DNA of 64,000 bases, taken from positions 544,001 to 608,000 of the forward strand of contig CAVQYR010000001.1 in NCBI GenBank assembly GCA_963718235.1, given 5' to 3'. Position numbers and translations under genes: made by a program. Of this stretch, positions 28,868 to 39,941 are shown one piece after another. Every line of letters starts with the position of its first letter. Positions within the stretch are counted from its first letter, which is position 1. This stretch comes from an uncultured Actinomycetota bacterium. Lineage in GTDB: Bacteria > Actinomycetota > Actinomycetes > JAHEKZ01. The notes beneath the pieces were generated by a model that saw only the letters and a program-made list of their open reading frames with translations, was not told the DNA's origin and searched no databases.

Positions 28868-30025
28868 TCACTCCTGCAGTGCCGTGGCGACGGCCAGCTG
28901 GCCGGCCCACAGGTGGTCGAACATGCGATCCCCGAGCCAGTCCGGGAAGCTGCAGAACCCCACAATGACCGAGTTCGACGGGTGGTGGATCGTCATGACC
29001 TGGCCGTTGGCGCCCGAGGCCGAGTAGACACCGTTGACCGGGTCGCTGATCCACCACTTGTCGTGGTAGCACGCATCCGGGAACTCAGGATCGAGCGCGT
29101 GCGTGGCGGCATAGGCGTCGATGAGCTGCTGGTCGCGTGCACGCAGTCGCTCGAGCCACCTCGCGGGCACGACCTCCTGGCCCATGGCCCGGCCCCCCTC
29201 GAGGAGCATGAGACCCAACCGCCCCCAGTCCCTCAGCGTGGCGCTCATGGAACCGTTGGTGGCCTGGAAGCCGAACCGGTCGACGACGATGTCGGCGTCG
29301 TGCTCGGCCCCGATCCTGGACCAGACCTCGTCCGCGAAGAGCTCGGAGAACCGGCCGCCGCCCACGCGCTGCACGACCCAACCGAGCACCGACGTCTGGA
29401 GTGAGCAGTAGCGGAAGGGCCCGGTGCCGTGCGGGTGGGAGTTCTCCGCCGACCGGATCCAGGCCTCGGTTCCGATCGGGATGCCGCCGCGCTGGTGCGG
29501 CCGCCAGTCGGCGATGTCCATGTCGAGGTACTCATCGACCTCGTAGTCCCACTTCGTCCCCGCTCTCATGTCGAGCAGGTGCTGCACCCGACAGCCCTCC
29601 CACGCGGTACCGGCGAGCTCGGGGAGGTGGTCGGTGACGAGGTCGTCGGTGGACAGCAGGCCGCGTGCGACGTAGATGCCACAGAGCAGTCCGGTGTGGG
29701 ACTTCGCAGCCGACATCAGCAGGTGTGCGTCATGGCGGCTCGCACCCTCGACGTACCACTCGAACGCGATGGCCCCGTCGTGGATCACGAGGAACGCGTC
29801 GGCGTCGATCGCCTCGAAGTAGCGCTGCAGATCGTTCGTCCGACCCTCGAACTCGTAGGTCACCTCGGCGAGCTCGGGTCGGGGTGTCTCGGGAAGGTCG
29901 CGGACGGGACCGGGTCCGCACCGGATGGTCGCCGTCCGGGTCATCTCGCGCACGTGCCAGAACGCCCATCGGTTGTGGGGCGGGTCGAGCCAGTTCTCCG
30001 GAGTCGTGTCGCCACGCCTGAGCAC
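28868..30025 (-). CDS. Beta-lactamase-fold serine hydrolase, 6-aminohexanoate-dimer hydrolase (NylB)-like
   Basis: WLDPPHNRWAF, SAAK (SxxK), HLLDM, FRYCS, GANGQ; GTG 30025 with AAGGGGAGGA RBS. Confidence 0.85.
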   Translation of the reverse strand: MLRRGDTTPENWLDPPHNRWAFWHVREMTRTATIRCGPGPVRDLPETPRPELAEVTYEFEGRTNDLQRYFEAIDADAFLVIHDGAIAFEWYVEGASRHDAHLLMSAAKSHTGLLCGIYVARGLLSTDDLVTDHLPELAGTAWEGCRVQHLLDMRAGTKWDYEVDEYLDMDIADWRPHQRGGIPIGTEAWIRSAENSHPHGTGPFRYCSLQTSVLGWVVQRVGGGRFSELFADEVWSRIGAEHDADIVVDRFGFQATNGSMSATLRDWGRLGLMLLEGGRAMGQEVVPARWLERLRARDQQLIDAYAATHALDPEFPDACYHDKWWISDPVNGVYSASGANGQVMTIHHPSNSVIVGFCSFPDWLGDRMFDHLWAGQLAVATALQE

Positions 30026-30087
30026 GGTCGTCCTCCCCTTCAGCGGCGCCAGGACACGGTAGCGGCCGGCGGCCGCCAGCCGGGCGG

Positions 30088-31416
30088 TCAGCGGGGGTGG
30101 CGGTACGCGGGCCGGCTTCCTTGGTGCCCCAGGACCGCGGCAGCCGCAGCCCGCCCGGTGGCGACGGCACCCTCCATGTACCCGGAGGCCCAGTGGTCCG
30201 ACCCGGCGACGAAGAACGGCGGCTCGTGGGTGCCGTGCAGCGGCCCGACGGCGGTGAGGTCCCCCGGGGCCCAGTGGGCGACGTAGCCCAGGGAGAACGG
30301 GTCGGACGCCCAGTGCCGCCACAGCACCTGGGGGGACCCGACCGGACCGAGCGCACGCTCGAGCCCGGCGAGGAGCCGCTGCGTGGCGACACCTGGCTCG
30401 GCCTGCTCGACGGAAGCGACCAGGGAGGGGCCGGAAAGGCTGGACAGCACCGATCCCCCCTGGACCCAGAACCCCCCGGACTCACGCTCGGACAGGATCT
30501 GGCCGTTGCACCCGACGACCTCCCAGACCGGCTCGTCGAGGGCCACCACAGCCTTGACGGCGGGAACCTGACGCTGTCGGCGCAACGACCTCACCCGCTC
30601 GTCGGAGACGCCATCCAGCCGCAGCGAGCGCAGCACCGGCGCCGGCAGCGCGCACACGATGGCCGACGACTCGATCGTCTCCCCGCCCACCAGCACGGTG
30701 CGGCACGTCGCACCGACCTCGAGTGCGACGACCGGTGACGCCAGGCGGATCCGACCAGCCAGCGCCGCGGCCAGTGCGTCGACGAGCACACTGGAGCCGC
30801 CTTCGACCTTGAGGTTCTCCCACACCTCGTAGTCGGTCGGGCTGTGACCACCGACGCTGGCTATCGCCCGCAGGTGTCCCAGCACGGACAGGTCGCGAGC
30901 GCCGTCCAGGCCGGTGTAGCGCATCTTCAGGTCCAGCAGTCGCAGTGCCGACGGCGTCAACCCTTCGTCATGCGCAAACGCCGCGACTGACAGGTCGTCG
31001 AGGCGCTGTGCGTCCTCGGTGGCCAGCGGCGTGGACGGGTCGACCGTGCGGGCCAGCTCGACGAGGGTGGCGTCCAGCCGCTGCAGCTGCGACTCGGCGT
31101 CGCCCAGCCAGCTGCTGTCGCGGTGCAAGGCGTCGCGCAGGTCGTAGAAGGCGACACCGCCGATGTCGGTGTAGCTCGGCACGAGCCGCAGGCCGAGCTC
31201 TGCGGCCAGCTCCTGATAGGCCAGGTGGATCGAGCCGACGACCTCCCCGCCCAGCTGGACCAGGCGACCGTCGTCGAGCACCTCGCCCTCGACCCGGCCG
31301 CCCGTGCGCGGCCGGGCCTCGACCACGACGACGTCGGTACCCGCCAGGGCGAGGTCCCGCGCGCACGACAAGCCGGCGAGCCCGGCTCCCACGACGACGA
31401 CGTCGACCCGAGGCAT
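30088..31416 (-). CDS. Flavin monoamine oxidase family protein
   Basis: VVGAGLAGL, EARPRTGGR, WASDPFSLG, AGSD..GYMEGAV. Confidence 0.87.
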   Translation of the reverse strand: MPRVDVVVVGAGLAGLSCARDLALAGTDVVVVEARPRTGGRVEGEVLDDGRLVQLGGEVVGSIHLAYQELAAELGLRLVPSYTDIGGVAFYDLRDALHRDSSWLGDAESQLQRLDATLVELARTVDPSTPLATEDAQRLDDLSVAAFAHDEGLTPSALRLLDLKMRYTGLDGARDLSVLGHLRAIASVGGHSPTDYEVWENLKVEGGSSVLVDALAAALAGRIRLASPVVALEVGATCRTVLVGGETIESSAIVCALPAPVLRSLRLDGVSDERVRSLRRQRQVPAVKAVVALDEPVWEVVGCNGQILSERESGGFWVQGGSVLSSLSGPSLVASVEQAEPGVATQRLLAGLERALGPVGSPQVLWRHWASDPFSLGYVAHWAPGDLTAVGPLHGTHEPPFFVAGSDHWASGYMEGAVATGRAAAAAVLGHQGSRPAYRHPR

Positions 31417-31425
31417 GCGGTCGAC

Positions 31426-32523
31426 TCAGACGTAGCGCTCGAGGATGCTGGACTCGGCGAGCCGGGAGAGCCCTTCGCGCACGGTGCGGGCGCGGGTGTC
31501 GCCGACTCCCTCGACCGCCCGCAGGTCGTCGATCCCGGCGGCCAGCAGCTGCTGCAGCCCGCCGAAGTGGCCCACCAGCCGGTCGACCACCTGCGACGGG
31601 AGTCGCGGTACCCGGGCCAGCAGCCGGTAGCCCCGGGGGCTGACACTGAGCTCGAGCGCCTCGCTGCCCGGGTAGCCGAGCGCCTTGGCCACGGCGGCCA
31701 GGTCGATCAGCTCCACGGCGGACAAGGAGTCGAGCTCCTCCGACGACTGCTCCAGCCGCCGGGCCTTCTTGCCCCCGCCAGGCAGGTAGTCGCGGATCAC
31801 CAGCTCGCGGTCGCTGTCGACTCCGGCGACGAGCTCCTCGAGCTGCAGCGACAGCAGGCGTCCGTCACTGCCCAGCTCGACGACGTAGCCCTCGATCTCA
31901 CGGGCGATCCGGCGCACCATCTCCAGGCGCTGAGCCACCGCTGCGACGTCCCGAACCGTGACGAGGTCCTCGATCTCCAGCGCCGAGAGCGTGCCTGACA
32001 CCTCGTCGAGCCGAAGCTTGTACCGCTCGAGGGTCGCCAACGCCTGGTTGGCGCGCGACAGGATCGCTGCGGAGTCCTCGAGCACGTAGCGGCGACCCGC
32101 GACGTACAACGCGATGATGTTCATCGACTGGCTCACCGAGATCACTGGATGACCGGTCTGCTTGGCGACCCGCTCGGCGGTGCGGTGCCGGGTACCCATC
32201 TCGTCGGACTGGATGGTGGGGTCCGGCATCAGGTGGACGGCGGCCCGGTGCACCTTCGTGGCCTCGGTGTCCAAGATCACGGCGCCGTCCATCTTGGACA
32301 GCTCGCGCAGACGGGTCGCGGTGAACTCGACGTCGACTTCGAAACCCCCGCTGCACAACGCCTCGACGGACTTGTCGTAGCCGAGCACGACGAGCCCGCC
32401 GGTACGCCCGCGCAGGATCCGCTCGAGCCCGTCGCGCAGCGACGTGCCGGGCGCCATGGTGGCCAGGGTGCTGCGCAGCTGGGAGTCGGGGTCGGGAGCA
32501 GTGGGCTTGTCAGCGGCTGCCAC
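31426..32523 (-). CDS. disA: DNA integrity scanning diadenylate cyclase
   Basis: [27 protein letters not shown], HhH VEGVG. Confidence 0.96.
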   Translation of the reverse strand: MAAADKPTAPDPDSQLRSTLATMAPGTSLRDGLERILRGRTGGLVVLGYDKSVEALCSGGFEVDVEFTATRLRELSKMDGAVILDTEATKVHRAAVHLMPDPTIQSDEMGTRHRTAERVAKQTGHPVISVSQSMNIIALYVAGRRYVLEDSAAILSRANQALATLERYKLRLDEVSGTLSALEIEDLVTVRDVAAVAQRLEMVRRIAREIEGYVVELGSDGRLLSLQLEELVAGVDSDRELVIRDYLPGGGKKARRLEQSSEELDSLSAVELIDLAAVAKALGYPGSEALELSVSPRGYRLLARVPRLPSQVVDRLVGHFGGLQQLLAAGIDDLRAVEGVGDTRARTVREGLSRLAESSILERYV

Positions 32524-32608
32524 GCGTTCACTCCCCGTTGCTCGGCGCCGGGCTGAGGTCGGAGCCCTCGATCGTGAGCACTCCGAAGCGCCGGCTCGTC
32601 GCCGGAGT

Positions 32609-33988
32609 CTAGCCCGGCACGTGGTCGACCGAGGCCAGCATGAGACGCAGCGCGGCATGGATGTCTGGCACCTCGACGACCCGCATTCCGTCGGGTTCGG
32701 GCACCGACCCCGACGGCACGATCGCTCGCGTGAACCCGAACCGGGCCGCCTCGGCGAGCCGGCGGGAGAGTCCGGTGACCGCCCGGATCTCCCCGGCCAG
32801 CCCGACCTCTCCGATCGCGACGAGGTCGGCGGGCAGCGGCCGGTCGATCACCGCGCTGGCGATCGCGAGGGCCACCGCGAGATCGGTGGACGGCTCTCGC
32901 AGCTGGACCCCTCCGACGGTGGCCGCGTAGACCTCCGACTGGGTCAGCGGGATGCGTCCGCGCCGGTCGAGCACGGCCAGGATCATCGAGGTGCGCGACG
33001 AGTCGAGCCCGGACGTGGCCCGGCGCGGGTTGTTCTGCGAGGTCGGGGTGACCAGGGCCTGGACCTCGGCGACGAGCGGCCGGCGGCCCTCCAGGGTCAC
33101 GGTCACGCACGTGCCTGGAACGGGCTCGTCGCGTCGGGTGAGGAACAGACCGCTCGGGTCGGCCAGCCCGACGATGCCGGCTTCGTTGAGGTCGAAGCAG
33201 CCGACCTCGTCGGTGGGGCCGAAGCGGTTCTTCACGGCGCGCACGAGTCGCAGCCGGTTGTGCCGGTCTCCCTCGAAGGAGAGGACGACGTCGACGAGGT
33301 GCTCCAGGAGACGCGGGCCGGCGACCGAGCCGTCCTTGGTGACGTGCCCGACGAGCACGGTCGCGATCCCGCGCTCCTTGGCCACCCGGATCAGGGTGGC
33401 CGCGACCTCGCGCACCTGGGTCACGCCCCCCGGCGAGCCGTCGACGTCGGGACTGGCGACGGTCTGCACCGAGTCGAGCACGAGCAGGCCGGGCTGCACG
33501 GCGTCGATCTGCCCGAGCACCGCGGACAGGTCGTTCTCGGCAGCCAGCCACAGCCGCGCGTTCACCGCGCTGATCCGGTCGGCGCGCAGCCTCACCTGGG
33601 CGGCCGACTCCTCGCCGGTGACGTACAACGTGGTGATCCCGTCGCGGGCCGTGCGGGCTGCGACGTCGAGCAGCAGGGTGGACTTGCCGACGCCGGGCTC
33701 ACCGGCCAGCAGGACGACGCCTCCGGGGACCAGGCCGCCGCCGAGCACCCGGTCGAGCTCGGCGACGCCGGTAGGCCGGGCCCGGGCCGCCTCGACGTCG
33801 ACCTCGACGATCGGCCGGGCCGGGGCGCTGACCGGCCCCGCCGTCGCTCCGCGGGTGCGGACCACCCCGACCTCATCGACGCTGCCCCAGGCCTGGCACT
33901 CACCGCACCGGCCGACCCACTTCGAGGTGGTCCAGCCGCACTCGGCGCAGCGGAACGCCGGGCGGTCCTTGGCGGAGGGCTTGACCAT
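32609..33988 (-). CDS. radA: DNA repair protein RadA/Sms
   Basis: CAECG..CGEC zinc finger, [22 protein letters not shown]. Confidence 0.97.
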   Translation of the reverse strand: MVKPSAKDRPAFRCAECGWTTSKWVGRCGECQAWGSVDEVGVVRTRGATAGPVSAPARPIVEVDVEAARARPTGVAELDRVLGGGLVPGGVVLLAGEPGVGKSTLLLDVAARTARDGITTLYVTGEESAAQVRLRADRISAVNARLWLAAENDLSAVLGQIDAVQPGLLVLDSVQTVASPDVDGSPGGVTQVREVAATLIRVAKERGIATVLVGHVTKDGSVAGPRLLEHLVDVVLSFEGDRHNRLRLVRAVKNRFGPTDEVGCFDLNEAGIVGLADPSGLFLTRRDEPVPGTCVTVTLEGRRPLVAEVQALVTPTSQNNPRRATSGLDSSRTSMILAVLDRRGRIPLTQSEVYAATVGGVQLREPSTDLAVALAIASAVIDRPLPADLVAIGEVGLAGEIRAVTGLSRRLAEAARFGFTRAIVPSGSVPEPDGMRVVEVPDIHAALRLMLASVDHVPG

Positions 33989-34022
33989 GAGGGCACGGTA
34001 GCCGCCCGCGCTGACAGGACGG

Positions 34023-34811
34023 TCAGCCGCGGGGAGTCTCGCGGGTGCGACCCTTCCGGGGCGGCTGCAGGGCAGCTGCCTGGACGGTGGCGGGGTGCGG
34101 CGCCGGCTGGTGGCCGGCCGCGACCCGCTCGTCGCACAGCCGGACGAGCTCGGCGTAGGCGGCCTCGCCCATCAGGGCCACGAGCTCGTCGTGACCGCTC
34201 ACGTACACCGGGCTGCTCGCCACATGGGCCTCGGTGTTCCCGGTGCAGTACCAGGACAGGTCGTGCCCGCCCTCTCCCCAGCCGCGGCGGTCGTACTCAC
34301 CGACGCTGATCTCGAGGTACTCGGTGCCGTCGGGCCGCTCCACGTGGCGGTAGGTGCGTCGGATGGGCAGCTGCCAGCAGACCTCGGGCTTGGTCTCGGT
34401 GATCGGCAGCCCCTTCCTCAGGGCCAGCTTGTGCAGGACGCACCCGGCTCCGGCCGGGAAGCCCGGCCGGTTCAGGAACACGCAGGCGCCGTCGACGACG
34501 CGCGTCTTGCGGTCACCCTCGTCGTCCTTCTCGGTCGTCTTCTTGGCCCCGTGGAACTGCCAGTCGTCGGCGGTCAGCTCGGCGGCCCACTTCTTGACCC
34601 GCTTCTCGTCGTCCTTGTCGGAGAAGTGGGCGCCGAGGGTGCAGCACCCGTCGTCGGGGCGGCCGGCGTAGATCCCCTTGCACCCGGAGCCGTAGATGCA
34701 GGTCCAGGACGAGGTCAGCCAGGTGAGGTCGCAGCGGAACACCTGGTCGGCGTCGACGGGGTCGGTGAACTCCACCCATGCGCGAGGGAAATCCAGCATG
34801 ACTTCGGGCAC
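34023..34811 (-). CDS. Conserved Cys-rich hypothetical protein (possible metal/Fe-S binding)
   Basis: [49 protein letters not shown]. Confidence 0.75.
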   Translation of the reverse strand: MPEVMLDFPRAWVEFTDPVDADQVFRCDLTWLTSSWTCIYGSGCKGIYAGRPDDGCCTLGAHFSDKDDEKRVKKWAAELTADDWQFHGAKKTTEKDDEGDRKTRVVDGACVFLNRPGFPAGAGCVLHKLALRKGLPITETKPEVCWQLPIRRTYRHVERPDGTEYLEISVGEYDRRGWGEGGHDLSWYCTGNTEAHVASSPVYVSGHDELVALMGEAAYAELVRLCDERVAAGHQPAPHPATVQAAALQPPRKGRTRETPRG

Positions 34812-34853
34812 CGGATCAGGGTAGGGCCCCAGTCGGGGAGTAGCGTCGCCGGC

Positions 34854-35783
34854 ATGCGGCTCGGTGTGCTGGACGTCGGATCGAACACGGTGCACCTGCT
34901 CGTCGTCGACGCCCACCACGGTGCTGCGCCGCGCTCGAAGTACTCCTACAAGACGCAGCTGCGGCTGGCCGAGGCGCTGGAGGCTGACGACTCGATCGGG
35001 CCCGAGGGAGTCGAGCGGCTCGTCACGTTCGTCGGGGAGGCTGCGCAGGTCGCCGAGGACAAGGGCGCGCAGGCGATGCTGCCGTTCGCGACCTCGGCGA
35101 TCCGGGAGGCGCCCAACGGCGAGGCGGTGCTCGACACCGTGCGCGCGAAGACGGGGGTCGACCTGCAGGTCCTGACCGGTGAGGAGGAGGCGCGGCTCAC
35201 GTTCCTCGCCGTCCGACGGTGGTTCGGCTGGTCCAGCGGCCGACTCCTGGTGTTCGACATCGGTGGTGGGTCGTTGGAGGTCGCAGTCGGTCGGGGGGAA
35301 TCGCCCGAGGCTGCGTTCTCGCTGCCGCTGGGCGCCGGTCGCCTCACCCGTGACTGGCTCGAGGGAGACCCACCCGATCCGGCCCAGGTGAAGCGGATGC
35401 GCAAGTACGTGCGCGCCGAGATCGCTCGGCTGGCACCGGAGCTGGGCGAGCTCGAGGGAGAGCTGCACGCCGTCGGCACGTCGAAGACGTTCCGACAGCT
35501 GGCGAGGATCACCGGCGCCGCCCCGTCCGAGGCCGGACCCTACGTCCGGCGGGTCCTGCCGCACGCCGAGCTGCTCGACTGGATCCCTCGCCTGTCGACA
35601 ATGACCCACGACGACCGTGTGCAGCTTCCGGGTGTCTCACCCGGCCGGGCCGGGCAGCTGCTCGCCGGCGCGGTCGTTGCCGACGCCTGCATGGACCTGT
35701 TCGAGGTCGACCGACTGACGATCTGCCCCTGGGCGCTGCGAGAGGGCGTGATCTTGCGCCGGTTGGACACGATGGACCGATGA
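34854..35783 (+). CDS. ppx: Ppx/GppA exopolyphosphatase
   Basis: [37 protein letters not shown]. Confidence 0.92.
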   Translation: MRLGVLDVGSNTVHLLVVDAHHGAAPRSKYSYKTQLRLAEALEADDSIGPEGVERLVTFVGEAAQVAEDKGAQAMLPFATSAIREAPNGEAVLDTVRAKTGVDLQVLTGEEEARLTFLAVRRWFGWSSGRLLVFDIGGGSLEVAVGRGESPEAAFSLPLGAGRLTRDWLEGDPPDPAQVKRMRKYVRAEIARLAPELGELEGELHAVGTSKTFRQLARITGAAPSEAGPYVRRVLPHAELLDWIPRLSTMTHDDRVQLPGVSPGRAGQLLAGAVVADACMDLFEVDRLTICPWALREGVILRRLDTMDR

Positions 35784-36598
35784 GCAGCGCGGTGCGTGTT
35801 CCCGATGCCAAGGTCGCGCTGTCGACGGCGTCGGCGTACCCGGAGTCGACGGCGTCGGCCTTCGAGCTGGCCGCGCGCCTGGGCTACGACGGGATCGAGG
35901 TGATGGTAGGTACCGACGCCATCAGCCAGGACCCGCAGGCCCTGCAGCGGCTCTCGGACTACCACCAGGTTCCGATCCTGGCGATCCACTCGCCGTGCCT
36001 GCTCATCACCCAACGGGTGTGGGGGACCGATCCGTGGGGCAAGCTCGTCCGCGCCAAGGAGGTCGCCGAGCAGCTGAGCACGCCAGTGGTCGTGGTCCAC
36101 CCACCGTTTCGTTGGCAGCGCGACTACGCGCGCGACTTCGTGGGCGGGCTCGCGCGGATGGCGTCGGAGACCGACGTGGTGTTCGCCGTGGAGAACATGT
36201 TCCCGTGGCGTGCGCGCGGACGCGAGGTCGCCGCGTACGCGCCGGACTGGAACCCCGTGGACGACGACTACGAGCACCTCACCCTCGACCTCTCGCACAC
36301 CGCCGTCTCCGGTGACGACGCGCTCGCGATGGCTGAGGCGATGGGTTCGCGACTGGCCCACGTGCACCTGGCCGACGGCTCGGGGTCGAACCGCGACGAG
36401 CACCTGGTGCCCGGGCGCGGCACCCAACCGTGCTCGGTGCTGCTGGAGCGGCTCGCCGGCCAGTCCTTCGCCGGCTCGGTGGTGCTCGAGGTGAACACCC
36501 GCAAGGCAGCGAGCCGTGCCGAGCGTGAGGCCGACCTCGCCGAGGCCCTGGCCTTCACCCGGCTCAACCTCGTCGCCGCGGAGCCGCTGGCGACATGA
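35780..36598 (+). CDS. Sugar phosphate isomerase/epimerase (TIM barrel)
   Basis: [36 protein letters not shown]. Confidence 0.85.
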   Translation: MSSAVRVPDAKVALSTASAYPESTASAFELAARLGYDGIEVMVGTDAISQDPQALQRLSDYHQVPILAIHSPCLLITQRVWGTDPWGKLVRAKEVAEQLSTPVVVVHPPFRWQRDYARDFVGGLARMASETDVVFAVENMFPWRARGREVAAYAPDWNPVDDDYEHLTLDLSHTAVSGDDALAMAEAMGSRLAHVHLADGSGSNRDEHLVPGRGTQPCSVLLERLAGQSFAGSVVLEVNTRKAASRAEREADLAEALAFTRLNLVAAEPLAT

Positions 36599-37347
36599 GC
36601 CGCGACCGGGGACCCACGGTGCGAGAGCCGGGATCGGCATCCGCCGTCGTCGTCGAGCAGCTGCGGGTCAGCCGTGGCGGGCGGCTGGTCCTGCGCGACC
36701 TCAGTGTCGAGATCGCCCGCAGTGAGGTGACCGGTCTGCTGGGTCCCAGCGGCTCCGGCAAGACCACCCTGATGCGGTCGCTCGTCGGGGTGCAGGTGGT
36801 CGAGTCCGGGGCCATCACCGTGCTCGGTCGCCCAGCGGGCGCCGCCGAGCTGCGCCAGTCGGTCGGCTACGTCACCCAGTCCACCTCGGTGTACGGCGAC
36901 CTCACCGTGCGGTCGAACCTGCGCTACTTCGCGAAGGTCCTCGGCGCACCACGCGACGACGTCGACCGGGTGATCGACGAGGTCGACCTCGTGGACGGCG
37001 CCGACCAGCTGGTCAACCAGCTGTCCGGCGGGCAGCAGTCCCGGGTCTCGTTGGCGGTGGCCCTGCTCGGGTCCCCCGAGCTCCTCGTGCTCGACGAGCC
37101 GACGGTCGGCCTCGACCCCGTGCTGCGCCGGGACCTGTGGGCGCTGTTCCACCGGCTCGCGCGCACCGGGATCAGCCTGCTGGTGTCCAGCCACGTCATG
37201 GACGAGGCCTCGCGCTGCGACCGGCTCCTCCTCCTGCGCGACGGCGAGCTGCTGGCCGACGCCACGCTGCAGTCGCTGCTCGAGCGCACGGGGACGACCG
37301 ACGTCGAGCAGGCCTTCCTGTCCCTGATCGAGGGGAGGGCACGTTGA
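36595..37347 (+). CDS. ABC exporter ATP-binding protein
   Basis: [21 protein letters not shown]. Confidence 0.92.
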   Translation: MSRDRGPTVREPGSASAVVVEQLRVSRGGRLVLRDLSVEIARSEVTGLLGPSGSGKTTLMRSLVGVQVVESGAITVLGRPAGAAELRQSVGYVTQSTSVYGDLTVRSNLRYFAKVLGAPRDDVDRVIDEVDLVDGADQLVNQLSGGQQSRVSLAVALLGSPELLVLDEPTVGLDPVLRRDLWALFHRLARTGISLLVSSHVMDEASRCDRLLLLRDGELLADATLQSLLERTGTTDVEQAFLSLIEGRAR

Positions 37348-38075
37348 CCCGGCACCGGACGACGGCGACCGCCGGCCGGGTCCTCGGCCAGCTGCGCAAC
37401 GACCCGCGCACGATCGCGCTGCTGCTCGTGGTCCCGGCGGTGCTGATGGGTCTTCTGGCATGGATGCTGCCCGCGAGTGACTTCGACCAGTTCGGTCCGC
37501 CCCTGCTCGGCATCTTCCCGCTCATCGTGATGTTCCTGGTCACGTCGGTGGCCACGTTGCGGGAGCGGGCCTCCGGGACGCTCGAGCGGCTGCTGTCCAT
37601 GCCGATCGCCAAGGCCGACTTCGTGCTCGGGTACGCCCTGGCCTTCGGCGCCTTCGCCGTCGCGCAGGCCTTCATCGTCTACGGGCTGTCGTTCGGGCTG
37701 TACGGCCTCGACGTCCGTGGCTCGCCATGGCTGCTGCTGCTCGTCACCGTCGTCGACGCGCTGCTCGGCACCGCGCTCGGGCTGTTCGTCAGCGCCTTCG
37801 CAACCACGGAGTTCCAGGCGGTCCAGTTCATGCCGGCCTTGATCCTGCCGCAGCTGCTGCTGTGCGGCTTGATCGTCCCGCGCGACGAGCTGCCCACCGC
37901 ACTGCGTCTGCTGTCCAACGTCCTGCCGATGTCCTACGCCGTCGACGCGACACAACAAGTGGTCGCGTATGAGGCCGTGACGTCCATCTACTGGTCCAGC
38001 CTGGCTGTGGTGGCCGGATTCATGGTCGTCTCGCTCGGTCTCGGGGCCGCGACGCTGCGGCGGCGGACTCCGTAG
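37344..38075 (+). CDS. ABC-2 type permease
   Basis: RERASGTLERL, TEFQAVQFMP; six hydrophobic segments; TTGA overlap. Confidence 0.88.
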   Translation: MTRHRTTATAGRVLGQLRNDPRTIALLLVVPAVLMGLLAWMLPASDFDQFGPPLLGIFPLIVMFLVTSVATLRERASGTLERLLSMPIAKADFVLGYALAFGAFAVAQAFIVYGLSFGLYGLDVRGSPWLLLLVTVVDALLGTALGLFVSAFATTEFQAVQFMPALILPQLLLCGLIVPRDELPTALRLLSNVLPMSYAVDATQQVVAYEAVTSIYWSSLAVVAGFMVVSLGLGAATLRRRTP

Positions 38076-38094
38076 CCGTCAGTAGAGTGGCGTC

Positions 38095-39024
38095 GTGATT
38101 CGACGCGTCCTGCTGGCCATGTCCGACAACAACGCGGTGAAGCAGCTGGCCACGACCACCCCCGGCGTCAGCGGGGTGGTCACCCGCTTCGCCGCGGGCG
38201 AGACAACCGAGGACGCCGTCGCGGCGACCCGCGCACTCGTGGGCGCAGGGCACCTGGTGACGCTCGACCACCTCGGTGAGGACACCCTCGACGAGGGCCG
38301 GGCGACCGCGACCAGGAACGCCTACGGCGAGCTGCTCGGCAGGCTGGCCGACGAGGGGCTGGCCGGGGAGGCCGAGGTGTCGGTGAAGCTCTCGGCGGTC
38401 GGGCAGGCGCTCCCGGGTGATGGACCCCGGATCGCCACCGACAACGCCCGAACGATCTGTGAGGCGGCGTCGGCGGCGGGGACGACGGTGACCCTCGACA
38501 TGGAGGACCACACCACCACCGACCTGACCCTGGAGACGCTCCGCACCCTGCGGGTGGACTTCCCCCAGACGGGCGCGGTGCTCCAGGCATACCTGCACCG
38601 GACGCTGGGTGACTGCGTGGACCTCGCCTACGAAGGCTCCCGGATCCGCCTGTGCAAGGGCGCGTACAAGGAGCCCGAGTCGGTCGCCTTCGTCGAGCGT
38701 GACGAGGTCGACCGCGCCTACGTCCGTTGTCTGAAGGTGCTGCTGCAGGGGCAGGGCTACCCGATGATCGCCACGCACGACGACCGTCTCGTCCGGATCG
38801 CCGAGGCGCTGACGGTGCGCTACGGGCGGGGCGTCGACGAGTACGAGTTCCAGATGCTGTTCGGTGTCCGCACGGGGGAGCAGCGCCGGCTCGTCGACGC
38901 CGGGCACGCGGTGCGGGTGTACGTGCCCTACGGCACCGAGTGGTACGGCTACCTGGTGCGACGGATGGCCGAGCGTCCGGCCAACCTCACCCTCGGCGTG
39001 CGTGCCATCCTGGGGCAGGGCTGA
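38095..39024 (+). CDS. Monofunctional proline dehydrogenase
   Basis: RFAAGE, DHLGE, LDMED, QAYL, RLCKGAY, ATHD, YVPYG, RRMAERP. Confidence 0.92.
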   Translation: MIRRVLLAMSDNNAVKQLATTTPGVSGVVTRFAAGETTEDAVAATRALVGAGHLVTLDHLGEDTLDEGRATATRNAYGELLGRLADEGLAGEAEVSVKLSAVGQALPGDGPRIATDNARTICEAASAAGTTVTLDMEDHTTTDLTLETLRTLRVDFPQTGAVLQAYLHRTLGDCVDLAYEGSRIRLCKGAYKEPESVAFVERDEVDRAYVRCLKVLLQGQGYPMIATHDDRLVRIAEALTVRYGRGVDEYEFQMLFGVRTGEQRRLVDAGHAVRVYVPYGTEWYGYLVRRMAERPANLTLGVRAILGQG

Positions 39025-39073
39025 CCGGCCGACCTCTCGGCCCAGGCCGACCACCGACGCGTGAGGACTGACG

Positions 39074-39883
39074 ATGAGTGACCGGGTAGCCATTCTCGGG
39101 ACCGGCAAGATGGGTGAGGCGCTGCTGTCGGGGTTGCTGCGTTCGGGGTTTCCGGCATCGTCGCTGGTGGTCAGCACCCGCAGCCCGCAACGGGCCGAGG
39201 TGCTCGCCCAGCGGCACGGCGTCGAGGTGGCGGGCAGCGCCGCGGCCGTGGCATCGGCCGACACGGTCGTGATCGCCGTCAAGCCGCAGGACATGTCGGC
39301 GCTGCTCGACGAGGTCGCCGGCCAGGTCACCGCGGACCAGCTGGTCGTCTCGGTGGCCGCGGGGATCACGACGTCGTTCCTGGAGGCCCGCCTCGGCGAC
39401 CAGGTGCCCGTCGTCCGGGTGATGTCGAACACTCCGGTTCTCGTCGACGAGGCGATGAGCGCGCTGTCGGCTGGCTCGCACGCCGACGAGTCGCACCTGG
39501 CCCGAACCGAGGCGCTGCTGCGGTCGGTCGGGCAGACGATCCGGGTCCCGGAGTCGCAGCAGGACGCCGTGACGGCGCTGTCGGGCAGCGGTCCGGCGTA
39601 CTTCTTCTACCTCGTCGAGGCGATGACCGACGCCGGGATCCTGCTCGGGCTGCCGCGCAGCGTCGCCCACGACCTGATCGTGCAGACCGCGATCGGGGCC
39701 GCAGTCATGCTGCGCGACTCCGGGGAGGCGCCGCAGACCCTGCGCGAGGCGGTGATGTCCCCGGCCGGCACCACGATCGCGGCGATCCGGGAGATGGAGA
39801 ACCACAAGGTCCGGGCCGCCTTCCTGGCTGCCCTGGAGGCTGCCCGCGACCGCAGCCGCGAGCTCGCCTCCGGCCACGAGTAA
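39074..39883 (+). CDS. proC: Pyrroline-5-carboxylate reductase
   Basis: GTGKMG, AVKPQ, RVMSNTP, TALSGSGPAY, SPAGTT. Confidence 0.95.
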   Translation: MSDRVAILGTGKMGEALLSGLLRSGFPASSLVVSTRSPQRAEVLAQRHGVEVAGSAAAVASADTVVIAVKPQDMSALLDEVAGQVTADQLVVSVAAGITTSFLEARLGDQVPVVRVMSNTPVLVDEAMSALSAGSHADESHLARTEALLRSVGQTIRVPESQQDAVTALSGSGPAYFFYLVEAMTDAGILLGLPRSVAHDLIVQTAIGAAVMLRDSGEAPQTLREAVMSPAGTTIAAIREMENHKVRAAFLAALEAARDRSRELASGHE

Positions 39884-39941
39884 CCCGCCCGCGCCGTCCG
39901 GCCGACCCGGCGACCCCGCCGTCCCGGCCCCTTCGACCGAT

